Counted from the stretch's first letter, positions 37,402 through 44,639 are shown. The stretch is 64,000 bases of DNA from an uncultured Prolixibacteraceae bacterium (GCA_964525995.1 CAZGIM010000001.1:250445-314444); one strand, 5' to 3'. Program-made: numbers and translations. Notes: a model not told the origin generated them from the letters alone.

Positions 37402-37749
37402 ATGTTCGTCATGCGGACAAACAAGCGTCGCAACCTGACCAGCTCCCAATGGGCTGCTATTGCCGCCGAGGCTGAAGACCTTGTATCGGAATTGCAGCAA
37501 AAGGTCGAAGAAGACAGAAGGCGGAAAATAGCTGAACGTGAAAACGTTGCGAATCAATACACGAAGCCTGAACCAAAAGTGGAAACGGTTCAATTAATTG
37601 AACCATCTCCACAAAAAGACAACTCCAGACTTGCCGATTCTCACATTGCTTCCCTGTTCAACACGAACCGTACCTACATCAGCGAAGCCCGGAAGCTGAA
37701 AGAAACCAAGCCGGAAGCATTTGTAAAAGTTAGCAACGTTAGCAGATGA
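37402..37749 (+). CDS. ParB/KorB-like HTH fragment (hypothetical)
   Basis: ORF 37318..37749 (TTG); ATG 37402 gives MFVMRTNKRRNLTSSQWAAIAAEAEDL...NRTYISEARKLKETKPEAF, resembling the middle DNA-binding part of ParB/KorB-type proteins; no ParB N-terminal nuclease-like domain. Confidence 0.4.
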   Translation: MFVMRTNKRRNLTSSQWAAIAAEAEDLVSELQQKVEEDRRRKIAERENVANQYTKPEPKVETVQLIEPSPQKDNSRLADSHIASLFNTNRTYISEARKLKETKPEAFVKVSNVSR

Positions 37750-37847
37750 GCGGGGTTGTTGGGACTCACGCTATTTTTGAAGCTTTGCCTTTCATTTATT
37801 GATTTTGCGGTGTTTTTAGCCTGCTGGCTGTGGCACAAATGTGTCGA

Positions 37848-38642
37848 CTACGGTTTAAGCCAATTGCTTTCAGGTTTCACAATAAGACGTGCATTAATAT
37901 ATGCCATATGAAGCGTCAGGCATGTCCTGGCACAATAAATATTCTCATGTTGCCTGAAAACAACAAGTGCAAGATCAGGATTTGGTGAGCCTGAAGTTAG
38001 ACATAGCGGTAAGAGCAATTGAATTTTTCCATTATAACACTGAGGTACGGCTATTTTGTAATTAATCCTTACCTTCTGTTTTACTTCCTCTATCGACCCA
38101 AACAAATGCCGTCGGATGCCATTGTCATCAAGATAATGCATGTGATCAGGAAATCTATCTTTATTATCAATAATGATATGATCGATATCCGGGACCAATT
38201 CTACCTTGGGATTAAAAAGCAGTAATTCCGGATTCCCAAAGTAATTTGCAACCTCAGGGATTGATCCTGAGAAATGCCTTAAAAATTGACTATCACTTTT
38301 TTTTAAAAAAGCTTTAAAAAAATATGGAGACTTTTTGTCTGGTTTTGGTGATCTGTATTTTTCGAATAAGGCAAAGATATCTTCAAGATTTTCGGTAACG
38401 AGACCAGTATTCCAGGCACAAAATTGATTATCGGATGTATAAACAATCTTCTTTTCCTGTTGAATACGCCTGAATGTGAATTCGATATAATTCTTTAGAA
38501 TTGAAAAGTTCTTTGAAATTGAATCAGAAAAATCCCATTCCTCTTTTGAACACAAAGATGTCGCAAGGTATTTTATGCTCTCTTGATAATTAGGGAAGAA
38601 AGCGAAACGAAATAATTCGTTAATGTATTCCTTTGCTGCCAT
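37848..38642 (-). CDS. DUF3825-like protein
   Basis: 264-aa ORF; FAFFPNYQESIKYLATSLCSKEEWDFSD...ILKNYIEFTFRRIQQEKKIVYTSDNQFCAWNTGLVTENLEDIFALF matches my recollection of the DUF3825 pattern; not confirmed by search. Confidence 0.55.
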   Translation of the reverse strand: MAAKEYINELFRFAFFPNYQESIKYLATSLCSKEEWDFSDSISKNFSILKNYIEFTFRRIQQEKKIVYTSDNQFCAWNTGLVTENLEDIFALFEKYRSPKPDKKSPYFFKAFLKKSDSQFLRHFSGSIPEVANYFGNPELLLFNPKVELVPDIDHIIIDNKDRFPDHMHYLDDNGIRRHLFGSIEEVKQKVRINYKIAVPQCYNGKIQLLLPLCLTSGSPNPDLALVVFRQHENIYCARTCLTLHMAYINARLIVKPESNWLKP

Positions 38643-38660
38643 GGTACTGGTTTAAAGAAT

Positions 38661-38689
38661 AAGAGCCACCGACAAAATGGGTGGCTCTT
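38661..38689 (-). terminator. 10-bp GC-rich hairpin in the leader of the DUF3825-like gene
   Basis: AAGAGCCACC (38661..38670) pairs with GGTGGCTCTT (38680..38689); on the minus strand it is followed by TTATTCTTT and ends 18 nt before the ATG at 38642. Confidence 0.5.
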
Positions 38690-39007
38690 TATATATATGA
38701 CTTAATTTTATTTTAATGGTATGTGGATAGATCCACACAATCTATATGTCAAATTGCAATGCAAATATATACCAAGTTGGTAAACTGTGCAACAATTTTA
38801 ACAAATTATTTCAATATTATTAAAGAAAAGGTTAATAAATTGATCATGCATTATTTAGCATTTGACTTCCATTTGATTATTCGGCAAAGTTGTCAATTTC
38901 TATGTTTAAGTCTGATTTTTTTGGTTCGAACTTTCTTGATTTCTCCCTCAACAGGCAGGTATACACCCCGGATGCTTCCGGACTTGGGCTCATGAGTTCA
39001 ATGATGA

Positions 39008-39379
39008 TCACTGCCATCGAAACTCTGCATTTTGCCACTTTTCAAACTCTGTTATGAATCTTTCGTAGTAACTCAAACCATCGTTTGTTATTCTCCAAAG
39101 TGAATACCTTGGCAAACGGTTCCTTTCGACCATCCCGGCCTGTAATAGTTCTTTTAGGTACCGGTGAGCGTTTTCAAAAGACAGGCCCTTGCATAGAATA
39201 TCCCGGGTTTGGAAAGGCTTTGAGGTATTAGGTCTCCCGTTGATATAACAGAAAAAAAACATTTGGCGCCTGGTGATGTCAATGTGCCTGATTGAACGGC
39301 AATGAATGAAAGCCTGCCTAAAACTTTGCCAACCCCGAACGTGGGGACTGACCGATCCGGTTGAATAATGGGATAACAT
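39008..39379 (-). CDS. winged-helix DNA-binding protein (hypothetical regulator)
   Basis: ORF 39008..39505; start set to ATG 39379 (MLSHYSTGS), 4 nt after the upstream stop; C-terminal AHRYLKELLQAGMVERNRLPRYSLWRITNDGLSYYERF looks like a MarR/PadR-type wing-helix. Confidence 0.5.
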   Translation of the reverse strand: MLSHYSTGSVSPHVRGWQSFRQAFIHCRSIRHIDITRRQMFFFCYINGRPNTSKPFQTRDILCKGLSFENAHRYLKELLQAGMVERNRLPRYSLWRITNDGLSYYERFITEFEKWQNAEFRWQ

Positions 39380-39383
39380 GGTA

Positions 39384-39584
39384 TTAATTTTTTGATGTGA
39401 TACATATACCTTTTGCCCGGATTGCTTCAATATTTTTCGGAAAGAAACGAATCTTCCTCCCGTAGATTGTAAGATGGTGGTACCTGCATTCTGTATCTGC
39501 CTCACAAAATGACAGTAATTTTTCGGGGCTCATGTTAAGCATGGCAGAAGCTTTTTCGATGGAAATGGATGCAACGGGTTTCAT
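39384..39584 (-). CDS. small Xis/MerR-like HTH protein
   Basis: 66-aa ORF; ISIEKASAMLNMSPEKLLSFCE...YGRKIRFFPKNIEAI resembles excisionase-type HTH_17 proteins. Confidence 0.55.
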   Translation of the reverse strand: MKPVASISIEKASAMLNMSPEKLLSFCEADTECRYHHLTIYGRKIRFFPKNIEAIRAKGICITSKN

Positions 39585-39590
39585 GTTTTC

Positions 39591-39885
39591 TTTATAAGAA
39601 CTTTGTAAGATGTTTGTAAGAACTTTGTAAGAAGTTTTGTAAGAATGTAACTTTTTGATTATATTTATATTAACATTGTTTTCTTACAATCTTACAGTAA
39701 AAAATTTTCTATTCCAATAATTCATCTAAAAAAAAATAGTTTTCTCTGTTACTCTTTCTCACAACTGTTTTTTTCTCTCTGGATTTTACCAATTAAAAAC
39801 TGTAAGATTGTAAGAAATTTTCATAACATTCAGTATTTCAATTTTATAACGTCTTACAAAATGTCTTACAAAGCGTCTTACGAAA
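39591..39885. repeat. iteron array (TTTGTAAGA units) flanking an AT-rich spacer; putative origin/operator
   Basis: forward units at 39591 (degenerate), 39602, 39613, 39624, 39636 (11-12-bp phasing); perfect 17-bp inverted repeat TTCTTACAATCTTACAG at 39681..39697 / 39800..39816; reverse units GTCTTACAAA at 39851, 39863, 39875 (12-bp phasing); homopolymer-rich AT spacer in between. Confidence 0.8.
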
Positions 39886-39894
39886 TTTAACACT

Positions 39895-42033
39895 TTAGAA
39901 TGGCAGTTTGTCTGACACTGATTCTTTCTCCGGCTCCTGTTTTACAAACATTTCCCGCCGAAAATTGTAGGCTCTTCCGGATTTCCCCGCTCTGGGTTCA
40001 TTATTAATATTACCAAATGGTTCATAATAAATTACGTCTGGAGGGGAAAATTTGAACTCATTTTTCAAAACCTTACGGATATAGGCGTTGTCGATCTTCA
40101 AGTCTCTTGAAAACCACCGTTCTTTTATGTCAGTGGGTGTGGCAAAACAAAATTTTTCATTCTTTAAAACATTCAAAAACAGTTCCTCGAAATGATCATG
40201 CAATGCTTTATACAGTCCTGAATGTGATTCAGCTTTCAAATCTCTAAGGAAATCATTGTCCAACTCTTCCGTCGTGAACCCGGATCGGTCTATTGTTAGG
40301 TCAGGCCTTGGTAGTGTTGTGAGGTAATACAGAAATGCTGGAATCTCTTCTTTGAGCTTCAATTCTATGTTAGGAATATATTTGATTGGCTTTCCTACTT
40401 TGCGAATAAAGAATCGTACCTCTTCTTGATCGATCTTTATAAATCCGTCGGGATCATTGGATGTTAGAATTACCTTTCCGAAGAATGGGACTTGAGACTC
40501 ATTGACACCTTTAAGGTTTAGTGTGATATATGGTTGAGTAGTTAGGGCCTTAATCTTTTCAATAATCTCCCTTTTGTCGATTGCTGTTTCCTCAATCAAA
40601 ATCAAATTGCTATACCCGTACGACCCATTGAAATTACTGCTTAGGTTCTGAGGCGTGATATTAGCGACGTTATTTCCAAAGATCAAGTTTATCCACGTTA
40701 GGAATGTGGTTTTTCCGGTTTCTCGTTCCCGGCTGACAAGTGCAAGAATGGGTAAAATATGTTTCGGGTGCAGGTAGAGTATTTGGATGTACCTTATCCC
40801 CAAGTTATACTGTTCGCCGAAAATATGTTCGAGAAATAGCTTAGTTGTCGGCCATTCTCCCGGTTCCGGGGTATGAGACAGTTCTGAATAAAGGTTGAAG
40901 CAATTGCCATATCTCTGGTGGTAATTTAAATGTTCCGGCTCAATAGTGAAATCGTCAAATTTTTTGATCTTGTTTACAAAGGTCTTACCGTGATCTCTTG
41001 TGATTTCTCTTACTTTCCAGGCTTTAAGTTCAGTTCTTTCGATACCGAAATGTGCATCTGTTTTCGTAATCAATTTGAAAAAATCGCACCCTACCCGGAT
41101 GTAAGGGGTTCTTACAGATTCAAGGGGATTCTTCATGCCTTCCTGAAGTCCATCTTCGATTGTTTTGAACGCAGTTTCAAGGTTATCGACGTTGTTTTTA
41201 TCCTTAATTTCTTTGCGTAACCTCTGTTTAGCTTCTTCAAAAATCAATTCACCTGAACCAACATACCCCCCCAACAACTTGGAAGCCTTAATTAGAGTAG
41301 CGTGTTTTTCACCATCTTTCGAATTTTGAATCATTCTGGCCGCGACTTCCATCGGATCAGTGTATTTATATGCGCCAGACTGTTTAGGGGGGGCTTGCGG
41401 CTTTTGGTCCTGTTCTGCTGTTTCAGACTCCCATTGCTTGATAAAATTATTATCGAAAACTTTCGCATTTTCATTCAGGACAGCATTGTCGTCATGGCAT
41501 AGAAAACACGCTGAAGATACATTTTTGGGGGCAGAATCTATTTTTATATTGAACTTGGTTTGAAGATATTTCTGAAACGACGTGTAGTACAACGCTACAT
41601 CTTTATTTGATTCATCCCCGGCCGGGGCAATACGAACAATGGCTTTGAAACCTTCTCCTTTTGGACTTTTAAACATTAGAGCAGGTTTAAGCTCTAATTG
41701 AATTATTTCCCAACTCTTGTTATAGTCTTCAGCACTACCAAGGCCATCAATATCAAGGGCCAGGTATTGACTTCTGGTCACCACGCTGTTTTGATTTTTT
41801 ACAGACAGCACCGCACACCAAGTAACAAAAGGTAATTTTTCTATTTTGAATGAATCCTTTTCGGCTTTCGTTGCAAGGCTTCGTAAGGTTTTTGTCTTTT
41901 TTTCAAGGTCTCCAGATTTAATATGATCGAACGCATCCTGTATTGTGTAGATTTCGTCCGGTCTCTTATTGCTTACAGTTATCGGAGGGTTGAAATAGCT
42001 GAATCCAAGCAAATTATTCGTAATTTTGTTCAT
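39895..42033 (-). CDS. primase / SF3-helicase-like replication protein
   Basis: 712-aa ORF; N-terminal BT4734/VirE-N-like primase region (...KPALMFKSPKGEGFKAIVRI...SSACFLCHDDNA); C-terminal P-loop NTPase LVSRERETGKTTFLTWINLIFG with LILIEE Walker-B-like; typical of phage/plasmid/NBU primase-helicases. Confidence 0.75.
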   Translation of the reverse strand: MNKITNNLLGFSYFNPPITVSNKRPDEIYTIQDAFDHIKSGDLEKKTKTLRSLATKAEKDSFKIEKLPFVTWCAVLSVKNQNSVVTRSQYLALDIDGLGSAEDYNKSWEIIQLELKPALMFKSPKGEGFKAIVRIAPAGDESNKDVALYYTSFQKYLQTKFNIKIDSAPKNVSSACFLCHDDNAVLNENAKVFDNNFIKQWESETAEQDQKPQAPPKQSGAYKYTDPMEVAARMIQNSKDGEKHATLIKASKLLGGYVGSGELIFEEAKQRLRKEIKDKNNVDNLETAFKTIEDGLQEGMKNPLESVRTPYIRVGCDFFKLITKTDAHFGIERTELKAWKVREITRDHGKTFVNKIKKFDDFTIEPEHLNYHQRYGNCFNLYSELSHTPEPGEWPTTKLFLEHIFGEQYNLGIRYIQILYLHPKHILPILALVSRERETGKTTFLTWINLIFGNNVANITPQNLSSNFNGSYGYSNLILIEETAIDKREIIEKIKALTTQPYITLNLKGVNESQVPFFGKVILTSNDPDGFIKIDQEEVRFFIRKVGKPIKYIPNIELKLKEEIPAFLYYLTTLPRPDLTIDRSGFTTEELDNDFLRDLKAESHSGLYKALHDHFEELFLNVLKNEKFCFATPTDIKERWFSRDLKIDNAYIRKVLKNEFKFSPPDVIYYEPFGNINNEPRAGKSGRAYNFRREMFVKQEPEKESVSDKLPF

Positions 42034-42088
42034 TAGTAGTTAAGATTTTATCCCGGTTAAGTGCTGGCAGCACACCGGGATTTTTTAT

Positions 42089-42445
42089 TTAAAGACTCCT
42101 TTGTTTAGTATTGATATGATTGTTCATTGTTCGGGCAATCCTTGATTCTTCCAAAATTTCCTCTGGCATTTCGATACGCCCTGAGTTTACCCACTCCCGA
42201 AGTGCTTTTAAGCTGAATCGTAGTTTTCCGCCTTTCTTGAAAACTGGCAGCTTCCCGCTGTGTACATACTGGTATAATGTCCCGGTGGTAAGTTTTAAAA
42301 AGTTCGCTGCCTCGTTCACGTCTAAAAACCGATCTGGTTCAGTCGAGGGGGGTTGCTGTTGGGATAGTAAAAGGGCTTCGATTCTTACGTATTGCTGTTT
42401 GATCAATGAAATTTCGTCAAACAAAATCTGATACGGATTTTCCAT
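42089..42445 (-). CDS. excisionase-family HTH protein
   Basis: 118-aa ORF; FLDVNEAANFLKLTTGTLYQYVHSGKLPVFKKGGKLRFSLKALREWV (HTH_17/Xis pattern); ATG overlaps the upstream stop (TAATG). Confidence 0.7.
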   Translation of the reverse strand: MENPYQILFDEISLIKQQYVRIEALLLSQQQPPSTEPDRFLDVNEAANFLKLTTGTLYQYVHSGKLPVFKKGGKLRFSLKALREWVNSGRIEMPEEILEESRIARTMNNHINTKQRSL

Positions 42446-42636
42446 TATTCCTGGTGCCTTTTAATGAAACATTCTTTTAAAATTTGACTTTTGAGAAACA
42501 ACTTTCTCCGCCCAATCCGATAATAACTTAATCGCCCTGTTTTTGTCAATCTCCAAACAGTTACGGAGGAACACCTCAAAAGGGAACAAGCTTCTCTTAT
42601 GGTGATGAATTTTTCTGAATCTAAGTCCATTGTCAA
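42445..42636 (-). CDS. excisionase-family HTH protein
   Basis: 63-aa ORF; FITIREACSLLRCSSVTVWRLTKTGRLSYYRIGRRKLFLKSQI (HTH_17/AlpA-Xis pattern). Confidence 0.7.
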   Translation of the reverse strand: MTMDLDSEKFITIREACSLLRCSSVTVWRLTKTGRLSYYRIGRRKLFLKSQILKECFIKRHQE

Positions 42637-43012
42637 TTAATTTGTTTTTGGCAAATGTACTGTAGGGTCTATGGCGATTCCAATAGTGTAACTTTTGGGA
42701 AACTTTTGTAAGAAATTTTATCAACGGGATACTAAAATAATAAGCCTCTTTTGCAGAAGTCCAGGACATTTGTACCGAACGGAACATCACAGGATTCGGC
42801 ACAGATCATGGGCTTTTAAACTGAAAGAGATTATTGCAGTAAAGGAGAAGGGGAGCCAGAAAAAACGCAAGGGAGCTCAGCCGGGGGCAAGTTTGAAAAC
42901 ATTGATAAAATTGTCACCCATTAGCACCCCAAAGGAGATTTCTTAGGTGGCAAAAGTTTCTGAGGGGACACTGTACAGGATTGACAAGATCAAAGTTTGT
43001 GCAAATGTTTGT

Positions 43013-43053
43013 ATAAAAAGAAAAGCACCTACAACATTAAATTGTAAGTGCTT
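43013..43053 (-). terminator. hairpin plus T-tract after tRNA-Val (element-borne)
   Basis: minus strand AAGCACUUAC...GUAGGUGCUU (10 bp with one G-U), 11-nt loop, followed by UUCUUUUUAU. Confidence 0.5.
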
Positions 43054-43060
43054 GATTTTC

Positions 43061-43138
43061 TGGTGGGAGCAACAGGATTCGAACCTGTGACCCCCTGCTT
43101 GTAAGGCAGGTGCTCTGAACCGACTGAGCTATGCTCCC
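43061..43138 (-). tRNA. tRNA-Val (anticodon UAC), CCA encoded
   Basis: minus strand GGGAGCA-TA-GCTC-AGTCGGTTCA-GAGC-A-CCTGC-CTTACAA-GCAGG-GGGTC-ACAGG-TTCGAAT-CCTGT-TGCTCCC-ACCA folds as a canonical cloverleaf. Confidence 0.93.
43062..43108 (-). repeat. attR: 47-bp repeat inside the intact tRNA-Val
   Basis: identical to 31326..31372. Confidence 0.9.
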
Positions 43139-43198
43139 TGAATTATTGAAGGGTGCAAAGGTACGAAAAGAATCAACATCACCAAAATGAAGGATGAA

Positions 43199-43654
43199 TT
43201 ATTTAGGCATCATCCCGAAGAATTTTCTTAGCGTACGGTGAAACTTGTGGATTCCCGTAACAGGATCGACATGCATTAGAATACATTCGCCGGTGATGAG
43301 GTTTATCTTGTGGGTATTGATCAACTCAACAACCTCCCGGGTTTCGGATCCCTGTTGTATCCAGATATGGTCGATCCCTTTCCGGATTGCCTCGGCAACC
43401 ACCTCCTGTGTTTGTTTCTTGGGAGTCAGGATTAGCAGGTTGTGGACATTGACAGGCAGGGCGCCGACATTCCTGAAGCAGGGTGTAGAACCAATCATAT
43501 CGGTTGAAGGGTTGATCGGAAATATCTCAAATCCTTTTTCGGTGAGTGTTTTAAATACGATATATCCGAATTTTTTTTGATTCCTTGAAACACCTGCAAC
43601 CGCGAGTTTACGGGTTGCTAAAAAGGATTCGATCGAGGCCCTGGTTGCTTTCAT
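43199..43654 (-). CDS. CoA-binding domain protein (YccU/YneT-like)
   Basis: 151-aa ORF; KLAVAGVSRNQKKFGYIVFKTLTEKGFEIFPINP pattern of CoA_binding_2 proteins. Confidence 0.75.
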   Translation of the reverse strand: MKATRASIESFLATRKLAVAGVSRNQKKFGYIVFKTLTEKGFEIFPINPSTDMIGSTPCFRNVGALPVNVHNLLILTPKKQTQEVVAEAIRKGIDHIWIQQGSETREVVELINTHKINLITGECILMHVDPVTGIHKFHRTLRKFFGMMPK

Positions 43655-43657
43655 GAT

Positions 43658-44029
43658 TTATTTCTTAAAGATGAAATAGACTGCTAAAATTAAAAAGAAA
43701 AAACCAATAAAATGATTCAGCCTGAAGGATTCTGTCTTAAAAATGAGAAGCGTGAACAAGGTAAAGACGATCAGAGTGATGACTTCCTGTACCACCTTCA
43801 GTTCCACCAGTGAAAAGGGACCTCCGTTTTCCCGATAGCCTAAACGGTTGGCGGGAACCTGAAAAAAATATTCAAACAGTGCAATACCCCAGCTCAGTAA
43901 AACAATGCTGATGAGGCTTAAATTCTGAAACCAGCTCATCTCTTTAAATTTCAAATGACCATACCAAGCGAGGGTCATGAAAGCGTTGGAAAGAATGAGA
44001 AGAAGTACAGTTGAAATTCCCCGTGACAT
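43658..44029 (-). CDS. DMT-superfamily small membrane protein (DUF486-like)
   Basis: 123-aa ORF; four hydrophobic helices; LLILSNAFMTLAWYGHLKF N-terminus typical of the family. Confidence 0.7.
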   Translation of the reverse strand: MSRGISTVLLLILSNAFMTLAWYGHLKFKEMSWFQNLSLISIVLLSWGIALFEYFFQVPANRLGYRENGGPFSLVELKVVQEVITLIVFTLFTLLIFKTESFRLNHFIGFFFLILAVYFIFKK

Positions 44030-44040
44030 TAATAGATTGG

Positions 44041-44625
44041 CTAATGGTTGATTTTGATCTCTTTATTGTGCGCTGAAAGATTAAACCGGTCGGGGTGGCA
44101 GGCTACCATATCCTTGTAAAAATCTTCCATGAATTTCAGGTCTTCTTCATAATTCCCCGACGGGGTAATAATCGGACCGATACCACCGGTTTTGTTTCCA
44201 TAGTTGATAAAGGAGAGGGCAATGGGGACTTTTGCTCTGAGGGCGATAATATAAAATCCTTTTTTCCATTTATCCACCCGTTTACGGGTTCCTTCAGGCG
44301 TTATAACAATGACCAGGGATTCCTCCTTCCGGAACATTTTAACTACCTGATCGACCATACTGCTGGCATTGCCTCTTTCAACAGGAAGTCCTCCCAAACT
44401 TTTAAGGAAAGGGCCAAAAGGGAAAACGAATGCTTCCTTCTTGATCAGAAACCGGATATTCACCCGAATCGCCCAGAAAGTAAGACGGCCAATAATAAAG
44501 TCCCAGGTGCTGGTATGCGGGGCAGAGACAATCACGGCTTTGTGAATTCCTGATGGAAGCGCTCCGTTGGTATTCCATCCGAAAAGTCGTAAAATGAATT
44601 TGGCTAACTTTCTACCCATCCTCAA
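44041..44625 (-). CDS. lysophospholipid (1-acyl-sn-glycerol-3-phosphate) acyltransferase family protein
   Basis: 194-aa ORF; HX4D box (PHTSTWD) and ITPEGTRKR motif. Confidence 0.75.
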   Translation of the reverse strand: MRMGRKLAKFILRLFGWNTNGALPSGIHKAVIVSAPHTSTWDFIIGRLTFWAIRVNIRFLIKKEAFVFPFGPFLKSLGGLPVERGNASSMVDQVVKMFRKEESLVIVITPEGTRKRVDKWKKGFYIIALRAKVPIALSFINYGNKTGGIGPIITPSGNYEEDLKFMEDFYKDMVACHPDRFNLSAHNKEIKINH

Positions 44626-44639
44626 CGTAAATCCAACTG

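Larger units (their letters stand above)
31326..43108. mobile_element. ~11.7-kb integrated element in tRNA-Val (integrase + primase/helicase + iterons + orphan cargo)
   Basis: perfect 47-bp direct repeats at both ends, tyrosine integrase next to attL, intact tRNA at attR, AT-richer content by eye, replication and Xis-like genes. Confidence 0.85.

Noticed and set aside
38723-38995. 90-aa plus-strand ORF in the AT-rich spacer upstream of the DUF3825-like gene
   Set aside because: It has Ile/Phe/Leu-rich low-complexity composition typical of random AT-rich DNA, and no upstream signals.
39379-39505. Apparent frameshift/pseudogene: the 66-aa and 165-aa minus-strand ORFs overlap in different frames
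   Set aside because: The 66-aa ORF is a complete Xis-like HTH ending at 39384. An in-frame ATG at 39379, 4 nt later, starts the winged-helix gene. Two adjacent genes explain the pattern without a frameshift.
39591-39885. Possible CRISPR array or minisatellite
   Set aside because: The units are only 8-9 bp with 11-12-bp phasing, occur in both orientations, have no spacers and have no cas genes nearby. They fit iterons or operators instead.
42461-42946. ORFs of 113 aa (minus) and 83 aa (plus) in the attR-proximal arm
   Set aside because: They overlap each other, lack motifs or plausible starts, and the region is better explained as regulatory/att arm DNA.
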